From positions 11,299,480 to 11,363,479 of the forward strand of contig CM121342.1 of NCBI GenBank assembly GCA_051530055.1: DNA of 64,000 bases, read 5' to 3'. Every line of letters starts with the position of its first letter. Position 1 is the first letter of the stretch. Positions 39,093-51,995 of the stretch are shown piece after piece. A program made the translations under genes and the position numbers. Source of the stretch: Neoechinorhynchus agilis. Lineage: Eukaryota; Animalia; Acanthocephala. A model generated the notes under the pieces. The model saw only the letters and a program-made list of their open reading frames with translations. It was not told the origin of the DNA and made no database searches.

Positions 39093-39428
39093 ATAGTATG
39101 GTTCAAGCATCTTTAAGAAAAAAATACGTTCTCATAATAGTAAGGGAAATGCGGCGAAAAAACGGCAAAACTGAAATTTTAACAAATTCATGATCATGAA
39201 ATGCCATGCAGCCTTTTAATTGAAAAACCAAAATGCAATTAAAGCAATTGATTACAATCGAAGAAATTTTTAGTTCTCCATTATCTCACTCTTAAAATCC
39301 GAACGTTTTATTTTCTAAATCTGGTCACAGATATGATCTGCATTGAAAGCACCGATAAAACATTTTCATAGTAGGTATCATTATTTGACATTTTTTTGAT
39401 TAAAAACAAATCGTTCAGTAACACATTT

Positions 39429-39497
39429 AATTTATTGATAGTTGCAACCTTATTAACCTATCGGAGAAGTTAATAAGGTTGCAACTATCAATAAATT
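39429..39497. repeat. Perfect 29-bp-arm palindrome with an 11-nt loop
   Basis: aatttattgatagttgcaaccttattaac / gttaataaggttgcaactatcaataaatt. Confidence 0.9.
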
Positions 39498-40483
39498 GGA
39501 ATTCCCCCGATTGAAATCAAAGGCACAAACACATTTAATTGATTCGCTATGATGTTTAGAGATCTCTTTTGTTCTGTTGCACATAAACGTATCCATTTCT
39601 TCGAGAAAAAAACCCAATAATTAACCCCGTTCGTTCTTGAAATCCGAAATCACAATTCAAGAATTGGAGTAAATCAGAGTTTACTATAATTCCAAACTTA
39701 TGCTTCGATTACTTCATTGAAAATGATTTTTTATTTTTCGTCCTTTTCGATTATCGTATTTTTTCGATTCAATTTAAAACATTTCATGGATTCGCTTTGA
39801 TTTTTAGCGATCCAATTTGTTCCCAAGGGATGATTAGTCGTCAACGTTGAACAAAAACAACAATGTTTATCTCGAAAAACGAAGAATGGTTCAAAAAGCT
39901 TCTAATTTTCCGATTTAGCCTCAGGAGATAATCTTCACCGGTTGTGCTGTGATGTCATCATGCAACGAAGAATTTAAGAATTTTGTTAATTAATTGGGTA
40001 CAAAATTATCAAAATTTTTCGTTGTTGTGATTGATTCATCTTGTCGGATGCTAGGCTGACGTTTCGGTATTTTTCTAAAGGCATCTTCATAGAATTTAGT
40101 CACATCGAAAAAAGGCAAAACAAATGAACCGCCGATGCTCTCAAGTCAGTCTTCTGAAAAACGTTCGCACAAACAGTTAAAATTTACAGTAAACAGCCAC
40201 AAAAACTTTAATTTCGATGGCTACAGCATTTATGGATTGCTTACTTAGTGATCCTTTCGGTTATTCAGCGGATCTTTGTTAGCAGAAGGAAGCAGTTCCT
40301 TATGCTAAGAAACATCAGTGGAAACTAAGTCCGCGTCGGTTTCCTTGGGGGATCATTTTGAGGCATTTTTTAGTTCCACTTTTAGTCGTCAGGTTCGATT
40401 AAGTGGTGTTGTTCGTGATGCATTCGCCTTTTTTAACGCTTTTAACTAAGTTTCTGAATCTCTCCTTAGATATAACTTGAGCA

Positions 40484-43279
40484 ATGCTCTCGTCCATTGA
40501 TCGCTTCCTTTTTCTTAAATGTCGTCTATTAATTCGATCTTTGTCTGATAAAAAACAGCCAATAAAGACAGTAATAAAAGGTACCTATTTAAAAAAGTAA
40601 ATCCAATTTTCACAGCCACTTTCAAGTTTTGCCGAAAGTAAGCACAAAATCGTCCAAAAACGTTTATTTAACCCCAGTCCGTGCTTTGTATGAATATGGA
40701 TTAGCACCAAGGTTCTCCCCCTTAAATCACATCATCATTGCAAATCGCTACTTCGTGTTCTAGCGATCTAGACTCGATTCAACCGTTAAGAAAACGAAAT
40801 CCATATTCTGGATCCATGGATACAAACAAATCTATTGAATTGTTCCGGAAAAGTGACGTCGAAGAAATGTCCGCCGTACCTTGGTTAATCGATTTATTTT
40901 ATTTGGTGTTAATTTAGAGCGATCCGGATTTGGGGATCTCTAGAAGCTATCGAACATCAGCGTCTTTATCGCCGAAGATCTGTCTATAGCGATTACATGT
41001 GTACGTATCTTAATAACCAAGAAGTCATTACTATTGTTCGGACTTCTCAAATTGCATGTTTAATAGTTTTAATACTCTCTTTTCTTTAGATTATAAGCGA
41101 TTAAAAAAGCAATGGCGTGATCACGTAAATCAGCTTATTTTATTCCCGGGGTTTCTCCACAAAAAATGAGCTGATAATTGACGAAAAGAAAAACAAGTGG
41201 ATCCGGTCTTCCAATACCACTGAAGGAAATTTCAATAGTCAACAGATTCTCCAAAGTTGTCCTACTGGCAGTAGGAGTGTAAGTTATCATGAAATTGCTT
41301 TCCCCAATAAAATCTCGAAAATTCCTTCAACCGAATGATTAATAAAGTTTTGTAATTTCGAAAATGGACATTTTGACTGCTATAATGATAACGAGAAAAT
41401 CTTGAATTCCGACCTTTCACCGTCTTACGGCTTCCTCAAGAATTGTTTGCGAATTAAACACTTAAACAATTCCATTCGGAAGCTCGGAAATAAATATTTC
41501 CTTTTTATCATTACAACATCCCAAGAAAACTCTGATTTCACATTAATAGCAAAATTTGAAGTTTTAAAAACCCGCTTTAACCATTTCACATTATAAAGCG
41601 TGGCTACTGCATTTCACTTAAATCATTAATAACAACACACAAAGCATAATGCTACATTGTATGGTAAATCACTTGAAGTTCAATAAAATTAAATAGTTTC
41701 TCGACCAAAAGGAATCTCAGCGATATCCCTGTGACGGTGTCGATTAAATTTGAAAATCAACCAATTAGGCTAGAAGAGGCGTTTCTCGATTAACACTCAA
41801 TATCAATGTATATTCACCACTTTCCTATAATCGTTTAGAAATGGTCTCAACTGTCTTACCAAAGGAGCAGCATTCATAATCACAGGATCTGCTAGTATAT
41901 TCAGTGAATTGATTCATTCAATGGCCGATGTGATGAACCAATTGATTCTTGCTTATGGTCAATGGAAATCCCATGAAAGGCCGGACGACCTTCACCCTTA
42001 CGGATACACCAACATGACCTACATTACCTCTTTGATAAGTGGAGTTGGAATATTTTGCTTTGGATCAGGACTCGCCTGGTACCACGGTGCAGTATGTTTG
42101 ATGGGCACTGCGAGACCAGAAAGCCTTTTATATGTAAGCGAATGTCGAATACTCATTCGCTCCATTAATTTAAAAAGGGAATTATGTTCTTGGCATTCTC
42201 CATGATCTCAGAAAGTGCAACTCTCGGTTTTGCTATTCGCGAGAATGCAGCAAGTGCACGAAGAATGGGAATCTCTTTTATGGACTACGGTAAGATAATG
42301 CTCTTAGAAATGCAAAGGTGAATCCGGTGAAGTGGGCCAGGGTGTAAAAGTCACGCAAACATCCGCATTTTTGGCCGATGGCTCCACGAATGAATGATTC
42401 CAGGACAAAAAGGAAAAATTACATTGTATCTTTAATGGATCGGTTTCCTTCTCTGAAACACACCCAGTCAAATTAACCTCGCTGGATTACGATGCTTATA
42501 TTCTGGCTTCGACTTTTTTTTGCCATAAATAGACCAATACATCAGTAACGCTTTCTCGTTTAGTGCGACTTGGTTACAATCCGTCAGTCAATGTCGTTTT
42601 ACTCGAGGATACCGCAGCAGTGGCCGGTGTGGCAGTTGCTGGATTGTCCACGTGGATTTCACACATCACAAGTATGCTTTCTCTTACCACCAATCCAACT
42701 TATTATGGGTTTTTCGTGGAAAAGGCTCTCATATTCCGGACGCAGTTGGTTCATTGTTCATTGGGACGATCCTGGCTTACGTCGCATTCTTCATAATCAA
42801 ATCGAACTCAGGAGCACTCGCGAACCGATCTATCCACCCAAGCAAGTTAAGCCTCATTCAGCGTGAACTCGAGAATGATATTTGCGTGAGAGCTTTACTT
42901 GACGTAAAAGCGACTGACATGGGTCGACAATACGTTATGTTTAAAGCTGAAGTGGATATCGATGGTGCAGCAGTGACTAGATCTTATTTGTCAGCTCTCG
43001 ACATGGAAAAATTGGCTATGGTTTGTTTTGAAGCGCTAACTTTTCCAATTAAATAAAGGTATATTTCTAGGAAGCCAAAATGATTGAAGGGCCCGAGTCA
43101 TTAGAACGATTTATGATGATTCATGGAGAAGGAATTGTTGACCGCCTTGGGGTTGAGATCGATCGGATCGAACAAAACATAAAGGTGAGAGATTTTGATG
43201 ATGACTGTCATTGTCACACTTGAATCAATTATAGAGAAAGTATCCAGATTTGAAACACGTTGACCTCGAAGTCCTTTGA
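40484..43279 (+). CDS. SLC30A9: SLC30A9 (ZnT9) mitochondrial cation diffusion facilitator, multi-exon
   Basis: EYGLAPSDLD, WGSLE, NGLNC..TGSASIFSELIHS, HPYGYTNMTYITSLISGVGIF, VVLLEDTAAV, DVKATD, FKAEVDIDG and HVDLEVL. Introns are mostly canonical. Confidence 0.92.
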
Positions 43280-43378
43280 GAATTTGTGGTTATTCGTGTA
43301 AAATGCTTTTCTTCGAGCGCGAAACACTTTGAATCATCATCTTTTCTCTGTCAGCTTGTCTTTTCTCATCATTATCAA

Positions 43379-45441
43379 ATGAGCTGTCTCAATTCAAAAT
43401 TAATTCAAATAAATGTCGGTGGTCTCGTGTTTGAAACGCTACCTTCGACGCTTAACCGATACCCAAACGCTCTATTAGCCAATGAGAAACGTTTATCAAA
43501 ATATTGGGTTTCTCACCGGAAGCAATATTTTTTTGATCGATCACGCCGATCGTTTGTCGAAATATTCAATTATTACCAGACTGGCGAAATCAAGAAGCCG
43601 CCCGCTGTGAGTCTAAGTGAATTTTTAGACGAAATAGATTTTTTTGAACTGGGAAAAGATGCTTTCTATCAAGTATTAAAATCTGAAGAAATCGAAGAGT
43701 TATGTGAAGATGAAAAGTTGCCTAAAAATAGGTACAAACGGATCATTTGGATTGTTTTCAATAATCCGCTATCGTGCCCGTTAGCCACGGCTATATTTGT
43801 CACTCGTATGCTTCTGGTGCTGCATATCATTGTGCTTTCGTTTGTGGCATCCTCTGGAGATCGCATCAGTAAGAAATTCTTCGATCTAGTTGACAGTGGG
43901 TAGACAGTCGGATCTGATAACGGTTACCCATTTTGGCATTGAAGTCAAAGTAATTCGTTTCCCGATAAAGAAACCGTTTTTAGCCATTTTTATGCTCCGA
44001 TATTTTTCTCCATCCTTTACCGCCAACCTGCTGCCATTATCGAATCTAATTGATATCTCGATTCTTGCTGCCGATCTCCTAATACGCCTAATTGCGTGCC
44101 CTTCAATCAAGCAATTTTTTTCAATATTCTTCAACCGAATCGACGTTGTAGCCGTTATTACCTACACTATTTGCCAAATATTGTCACTTGCAGGAACTAT
44201 AGAAGCCAAGTACGCCCGTCTCGTGCCTACAATGTTCCGAATTCTTCAGCTATGTCGAGTGGTTGAAATCATGCAATCATCGGATTCTTACATCGGAGGA
44301 TCACTCATCAAAGCTCTACAATCCAGTCTAACCGCCGTTGCATCCATCTTCTCAGTCATCATAATAATGTCCATATTCTTCGGACTGATGGCTTACTTTA
44401 TCGAACCTGCGTCATCGGGAAATGGATCTCTAGTCGCCACCGTGAGAGAAGGAGCGATGTCAATCGCTGGAGGCCTTAGAATACGTAGTGTAAGCTAAAA
44501 GATGCAGTTGATTTTCTAACGTTTAACCTTACTGGGTTTTTTCTAAAACTTTTCAAATGTACGCTCGGTCGAATTATTTTGTGGCGTTTTTCGTTGGTGT
44601 TAACACGTCGCTGTTCACCACAACTTCAAGTCTATCATTCCGAAGGATTTTCTCTTGATGATTTTCTGCTTTTTTAGACTCCGACTTAGCTGTCGTTTGC
44701 TCGGGTAATTATAGTACCAGATGATGGTTTGAAAGAAATCAAGGGTTAAAACACAAAAAAGACTAAAATTGGACTGTTTAGCGAATATTTCCGAACTCTT
44801 TTCGGCTGATTTTTATTTCAATAGTCCACCACTGACTTCATCGGTTTGCTTAGTCAAATCTGCCTTTTTGGTTTATCCTAGTTTCTTTTTCCCGTATGAC
44901 TTCAAAGATATTTCACTAATCTCAAAGAGAAAATCCCTTGGGATGATAGAGTTCTGAAAGGTGTCCCCCGTCCGGTTAAAACTGTGTAAAACTTCCAAAC
45001 AATGGCCGAAGAGACTTGCTATTTCGAAACATCTTTCAAATCAATAAAATACGTTTTATCCGGGGGATTACCATCACCACAATTCACATTTGAAAATCTT
45101 TTGATCCACCAAAAAATTATTTACAATGTTACAATACTTAGTCCTAAACACGTTGACATTCTACTTCTATGGGAGACGGGATCTGGTTTGCGCTGGTCAC
45201 CATGACAACTGTTGGTTACGGCGAGATTTACCCAAAATCACAAGCAGGAAGAGTTTTGGCCAGCATTTGTGCCTGTGCTGGAACCGTGGTGATTGCAATG
45301 ATCGTGCCAGTGGTCACTAATTTATACCAAAGACATTACGATGGTCAAATGGTCAAAAGACAGTTACAAAATACTTTAATGAAAGATAATTGGTTTGTGA
45401 AAAATGCCACAGATATTTCCGATCCAGCGGAATCATTATAA
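43379..45441 (+). CDS. Shaker-superfamily Kv channel alpha-like subunit (T1 plus S1-S6), 3 exons
   Basis: T1 domain (INVGGLVFET...YFFDRSRRSF), pore WFALVTMTTVGYGEIYP, a canonical intron at 43869-43983 and a non-canonical interruption at ~44457-45159. Confidence 0.88.
44457..45159 (+). other. Putative non-canonical intron in the Kv gene (703 nt)
   Basis: Perfect terminal inverted repeat ATGTCAA/TTGACAT. Removal gives EGA|STSMGDGIWF (Kv consensus TSIPDAFWW). An alternative register at 44444-45170 also restores the frame. Confidence 0.65.
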
Positions 45442-45753
45442 GTAGAATACATTTGATTCTTTTACTTTAACGCTGACCAATTAAACCTTCTGTAGTGAAT
45501 GGCAATTTCTCTCTTTGAGAGATTAGAAGCTCTGTGCACAAGAAAATTTAAAAATACGACTTCGGTCTTTTTCTCTCTTTCGAGAACAACAGCGTCAAAT
45601 ATGCAGTTTCGTCCGCTTTTTATTCTATTTGCACATTTTTAAAGAACACGAAGCTTCGGAATGTGAGCAAATATTGATTAAAAGACTTAATGATTCACAA
45701 AATAAACTATCATAATACCTCTCGCTAAAATAAACACTTCGTTATTCAATATT

Positions 45754-46915
45754 TCACTCACCTCGTCTGTCGCGATACCATCCCTGTTGCACATCTCCGT
45801 CATTTGGACTTGATCTTCGGGACGTTCGCCTTCGGTGACTGCGTCGATGTCGCTCCTCGTCCGAAGAATCCATTGATCGGGACCGGTGGCGCACTTCCTC
45901 GAACAAAGTGTACCGCATTTGCCCGCTGATTGGTTTGAGATGCATGAAATTATCCGAAATGGAGGCCCATAAAGTGTACATAATTCATATCAATACACGA
46001 AAAATGAATTTTTTTGGTAGTTTGGCCAACTAGGATTAAAAAATTCACTTATTTCCGATATTTCACGCCGGATAACGACGACATTTTCCCAAGGTTTGTC
46101 ACTGTTTAACTAAATGTCGGAATTATCTGGCGTGAAATATCGAGGAAATAAATTAGTTGAACTGTTGAATCTTCGGGGTGGAAAAACTATAAAAAAAGTA
46201 TCTTTTCTCCCCTCCCGAAGACAATAATCCAACACATCAAAAAATGATTTTTTTAAATCTGAATGATAAGCCAGAATAATAGAAATGCAGACAAGGTGAG
46301 AGGATGATTGCTGGGGCGTTGATTTGATTCTTTTACCAAAAATCTAAAATAAATCATTTCAGGCTTAAAACCCGGCTGGAAAGGTAGGCCACCATTTTCA
46401 TTACAGAATCCACCTCGAGGGCATTCCCCCATTTGATATTGTCGGCAGCAGGCTTCATGAAAATCAGTCACCGGACTAAGTTCGGCATAGACAGGTCGTC
46501 CGTCAAACCATCGATTATTAAGTTCATCAACGGCCTTTTGGGCATCCTTCTCATATCTGAATTTTACGTAGCAGTTTCCAGCCAAATGCTCACTGAGGTT
46601 ATCACAAATGTTCATTTCCTCAATGGTTCCATACTTGCGTTCCAATTCAAGGAAGATCTCTTCAAATGTCTCATCGAAATGCTTTTGGATCTTTTCATCG
46701 GTTAAATCGTCCTCGGCTAGACTTTTGTCGGCCAAAGCGCTGTTATTTACCGGATTCAAATACACATTTTTTAGAAGAACAGTCTGACTAAACGTTGGTT
46801 TGTTGTGTAGCTTCGAGCAGCGCTCACCGTGCCGGCAAGCGCCTACTTTGAAGTAAAATGAGCAGTTAACCTTGTCTTTTTCTGTGCCGAAAATCGACGC
46901 AAGATAATCCGCCAT
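45754..46915 (-). CDS. U2AF1: U2AF35 small subunit of U2 auxiliary factor (3' exon uncertain)
   Basis: MADYLASIFGTEKDKVNCSFYFKVGACRHG, the UHM domain, ACCRQYQMGECPRGGFC|NFMHLKPIS and an RS-rich tail. Confidence 0.96.
45952..46402 (-). other. Putative non-canonical intron in U2AF1 (451 nt)
   Basis: On the sense strand it reads tgT|AATGAAAATGG...CCATTTCGGAT|Aat. It splits the invariant GGFC|NFMH of ZnF2. There is no AG in the open stretch upstream of exon 2. Confidence 0.85.
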
Positions 46916-47883
46916 GAGTATTATCAACGGCCAACCCGAGTCTCAAATGCGAGATCTATTCTGCAACCGGAAGAATTGAAAAGATGTTCATCGAATAAAT
47001 TCAAGTCCATTGGATCGATTTGACGACGTTTTTCTAAATGTTTCAAGTTTTTCTTCTCAATTTGGGACTAAATCGGAACAATGTCGAGCAAAGTTGTATC
47101 TGAAGGTCCTTTTGTCTGTCCAGTATGCTTCAATCTTAAGTTTCGGCCCAAATTTTTTCGAAGACAAATTGGTTGTAGCTAGGAAATGCCATACTAATTA
47201 AAAATATGTTCTTTGGTGATGAGAAGAATATCGATTGATTCGACGGAAAACACTGATACGACGAAACATTGAGAATTAATCAATCGCTATTCTTCTCATC
47301 ACCAAAGAACACACATAAAAATAACACTGAATTTGTACACTCTGATTGATTAATCGATTTCACTTCATTAAGTATCTATCCTTGCGGCAAAATATAGCGC
47401 TTGCAGTACAACGAGGCAATGCTGCTAGCGACAGCCGAGGAAGGAGAGAGGCTAAGATTTTGCGGACGGTGGTGATTGCACGTTTTGAACTATATTATTT
47501 TTTATTTTTGTACCTGAATGTGCTCAAGGATTTTTAAAATGTAAGTTTAAAATGAAAATTACACATTCAGTGTTAAAACATTCGAGCTATTGGTTCCACG
47601 GGCTTACTTTTTAAATTGTGATGTTCCAAAATGATAGGGATTTCATTGTAGTCAGTACACCGGAACGTCCATTCTCCTGATATATTTTTGCCAATTACGT
47701 GAACCGCAAAACGCTTAAAAGTGGTTTCGCTTGATTTTTTGTCGAATAATTTAGTATATTTATTATTTTATCTTTAGTCTGGCTAGTCGGGCACACTTTT
47801 ACGTGTTGATGTGAGCATCCCTTATACGGCTGATTGTTTTTTTCGATCAGAGAAGTGATTGAATCACAAAGATCCTGAACAAT

Positions 47884-48185
47884 AAGGTTAAGAGTTTGTA
47901 CGCATCCTTCCGGATCCTCAAATACCTCCCGAGGAGGCGATAATCATCAGTGAGTTTCCTCCTCCCTACAAAATGGTAAATCATCTCCTATGGTTATGAG
48001 TCATTAGTGACTCTTTAACCCCAAAATAGAGATTGGGGCTCAAGCCCACTTGACTTCCTCGTCACAATTACGTCCACAATCTACGACGACTCACAAACAA
48101 GGCTGAACAAAGGAAGCTCAATGATGATTCCTACCTCCTCGGGAGGCATCTGATGATCCGGAGGGATGCGTACAAACTCATAACC
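47884..48185. mobile_element. Foldback/MITE with ~75-bp imperfect TIRs
   Basis: ggttaagagtttgtacgcatccttccggatc... / ...gatccggagggatgcgtacaaactcataacc. Confidence 0.75.
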
Positions 48186-48737
48186 GACCCAGATCGATGA
48201 GATTTGTCCCCAAAGAAAATTATCAGCCATGCTTCAAATTCGAAAAGAACGCGCAACGTCTTGAACATAAGAACAAAACGTGAAATATTGGATCATCTTG
48301 AGAAAGTCGAATGCCTCTAGCACACAGCTGTGGCTAGATACAGAATGGTAGGACCTTAGGATTTCAAGAATGTAATGAAGAGATGTTAAAACCTGGATGG
48401 TATGCGATGCACAAGAGTTTGGATTTCAAATGCCTAATAATGATGATGATGATGAAAATGTGATTTCCGTACAACAAGAATCCTGCTCAGTCGGCGAAGA
48501 AACTGATAAGGATGAGGACATGTAATGCTTTACTAATTTTGCTTTTTAATACCACTTCCTTTTTTTAGAAACTTTGATGCTTTAAAAACTGGATACATTA
48601 CATTGGGTTTTCGGTTATCCGAATGGTGTCCGGTCAAAATTAATCTGCGCATAAACGACTTTCCATTGTATTTTGTCTCATTCAACGCTTTATTTAGGTT
48701 TTTGTCCTCTCATTTCTCTTCGGCATTTGAGTTTTAG

Positions 48738-49674
48738 ATGTCCAGTGACACAGAAGATGGTGGTCCGTCCGAGTCTGCTGACACCGACGAAGTAGATGAC
48801 AGTGGGCGCGATGAGAGTAGTACAGTTGACAAGGACGCTCCAACCAAACTACCAAGCTATATGCACAAAATCGTAAAGTATCTTCAGGACGAATTTATAA
48901 AGGGCGAACATAGGCAACATACGTACAAAAACCTATTAAAAGCATGTAAATTAGTGAACTTGACTCAAAATGAACTTTCATATCTCAATAACAAGGCTCT
49001 TGTTTCTAATCCGTTAATCAATGTTGAGATTAAGGAGAGTCTAAATGGGGATTACCGTCGGTATTTCTCATATAAACCGCCCTACGATGTAACAAGCAAG
49101 TCAAGTCTGCTTCGCATTCTCAAACAGCGATTTTATTATGGACGAGGAGCGCTAGCGATGGACGATTTGGAAAAATCGGTTCCCAATGCGCTTGAATTGG
49201 TTAAAGGGCTTGGCAGTCTTGTTTTGATAACTACCCGAAGTGGCGATAAGAAACAGTTTTTGTTTTATAATGATCCAGATGTAATGTTTAAGGACATGGA
49301 TCCCGATGTTCTGGAACGATTGCGTAACATATACCATAGTGTCCGCTTGGATGGATATGACGACCTACGGATCGAAAAGTATCTGACAGAAAATAGAGTA
49401 AACCGAGATACTGTCGAACTTCCTCCTAAATTGGATGAATCGTCTTTGACTGAGAGAAAGAGAAAGGTTTGTTTATTCCTTCACAATGACTAGCGTTCAT
49501 GTTTAACAGTATATTCAGGAAAAACGTAAGGGTCGACGATCTTATGGATTACGGCAGCGGATATATAATACTCACGTTTCGAACTTGTTACAAGATTATC
49601 ATAACGGTGTTCCAATCAAAAATGCGAAGACAAGTAATAAAGCTGGATTGTACGACGAAGAAGATGATAAGTAA
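48738..49674 (+). CDS. GTF2E2: Transcription factor IIE beta subunit, 2 exons
   Basis: KIVKYLQ, LVSNPLINV, YKPPYDVTSKSSLLRILK, SVPNA and LFYNDP motifs, plus a canonical intron before EKRKGRR...NTHV. Confidence 0.85.
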
Positions 49675-50230
49675 TTGCAAATTGCCGTTTAACGCTAATC
49701 CGTGTCAATGCGTTTAAGTAAAAAGTACACTACTGATTATTCCGCCTGCGAATTAACCTTGTTTCAACTAAATCATATCGATTTTTATGTTTATTTCTTT
49801 TCAATAGTGGAAATTCAAATGCCGACACATATGAAAACTTTTTAAGTTCAAAAGGTTTTATTTCCAGCGATGCTCCATTGCATAATCCACCAGCAGAATC
49901 TCCGTGGAAAGCAGTTGAATTTCGATTGATGATTGTCGTTAAATTTATTAACTTCGTTAGGTTGAAAGAGTCAAATCACGGAATGTTTAAAGAATATCTG
50001 AATGAAACTGAGTCCGCTGGTTGAATCGGACCAAAGTATTGAAACGCTCTTTCACTTGAGACCAGAGATTGAAATTTTTATAACTGAAAAATCGATTCAT
50101 TTTCCCGACCTTAAGGATTCATTGTGGCCCTGGGTTTTACTAATTTTATGCCATTTAACGGCATATTTGTACGAGCTTCAAGGCAAAAGTAAAGTTACTC
50201 AAAGCCTTCTCCCTAAACTTCAAAAGCCGA

Positions 50231-51760
50231 GTGGTTTACCCCTTCAACAGCAATTCAGCCATCCTTCCCGGTTACTTTTCCTTCCATACATACCGCGATG
50301 ACCGTCCAGGAGGGGAGGTCTCAATTTACGTACGACAATCGCTACATTACTCATTATCTCTAACAGTCTCTCTACAAAACCCCGATATAGAATTCATCAC
50401 AGTCCACTTCTCAGCTCCTCCAAGAAATGGCCTTGGAGAATTTACGATTGCTGGCGTTTATCGCCCTCCTGCCTCTCGCCCTGAGCCCTCTCTACATCAA
50501 CTTGGTTCCATGAAAGAGCTCATAAACTCCACAAATTAACACCATTTCTTAATTGCAGGGGACTTCAATAAACTATTTCCTCTTCTACCCTTCTCCGAGT
50601 TGCGTCTACTTATTGACTTCCCAACTCGTCTTGACGCTCACCTTGACAAAGTGTTCACCAACATCGACATCCACTCATCCGCCCCGCGAACTCTGACCAT
50701 TTTTCTGCCCTTCACCCCACCTGAGCGTATAAAATCTTCCTTTTACCCGTCTGGGATAAACGAGATCATAACTTTTACACTTTCAAAAAAAATCAATTCT
50801 ATTATTCACACCCTCCACTCGGATAACACAAATGACCCTTTCGTGGCCATGTCCTCTATAACCTCAACCATGGACTCGGTGGACAATTCATTCCTTCGCC
50901 AGGCCTTCTCCGATTTCGATCTAAACTCGTGGCAGATCAACTGGCTCGAAATTTATATTCACAATCGCAAACAATACATTCACTGCCGTTCTACCTCCTC
51001 TATCAGCCTACCCCTCACCAAAAACGTACTTCAAGGTTCTTTGCTGTCACCACTTTCTATTATTTTCCTAAACGACCTCTCTCCTCTAACTCATCATCAT
51101 CCATTCACCACCCCACCTCTCCCTTTCTTTAACCTCTAACGAAATCACACACATAAACGACTTCTGCAACAATCACAAACCACCTGAATTTCTCTAAAAT
51201 TTTCGAAATGATCCCTTAATTCTTTCGAAACCCTGTCCTCCCCCGAGCTTCTAAATGACATCCTACGAGTCACCTTCCTAAGAATTCGGAGTCTCCAATT
51301 TTAATTAAACTTGAAGTGGGACTAGCACATCACTCTCTCCCTCAAGCTCAATACCTTCAAAAATTATCTCTTCAAACATCTCCGACATTTAAGAATCCTT
51401 TCGCCCGATCTCTACAAATTTTACTTCAGTTTATTTTACCCTCCCTCACCTACGGTTATTCCGTATTTTGCAACCTATCAAAATCTCAAATCCGTCGTCT
51501 TGAAGTGTTTCATAAAAGAAAATCTATAATTTGCACAATTGACTTTCCCCCTCTCACCGAATGCCTTGATGCTATTTTCATAAAACAAACAAAACGCCTC
51601 TCAACCCTACCACCACAATTTCTTCCACATATCGCTCCCTTTTCACACGAGCACAACACTCGTAATCCTAATTCGTTTCATCCTCTCTCGACATCGCACC
51701 TCCCTATACCTATGCTCCTTTTTCCATGCTGCCCAATCTTTTCGGATATCATTACCTGAA
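50231..51760 (+). mobile_element. Degraded CR1/L2-like LINE (APE endonuclease and RT fragments)
   Basis: IAGVYRPP, IAGDFN, RLDAHLDKVFTN, LQGSLLSPL and FILPSLTYG, with internal deletions. Confidence 0.85.
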
Positions 51761-51995
51761 ATGAACTTGAGGAAAGACCCAAGCTCACAAGCTCGCCTGC
51801 AAACAATAAGCGTCAATCCTCAATCGAGCGGACATTTCCCGACCGAACCCTTAATCCACTCCAAAACAAAAACCGCATTAATTGAACAAATCTGATGAGG
51901 ACCCAAAGGTACATGCGTTTCATTGCTTTTTGATTAAGAAATGAACGCCAGACTATAGTCACAAATGTCACATATAATTCACTATCAAGGAAATT

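Noticed and set aside
43869-43983. Apparent frameshift between Kv ORFs 43286-43903 and 43890-44498
   Set aside because: Resolved by a canonical, phase-compatible GTAAGA...TTTTAG intron.
51890-51915. ctgatgaggacccaaaggt as a hammerhead ribozyme at the LINE 3' end
   Set aside because: Truncated before the GAAA half of the core.
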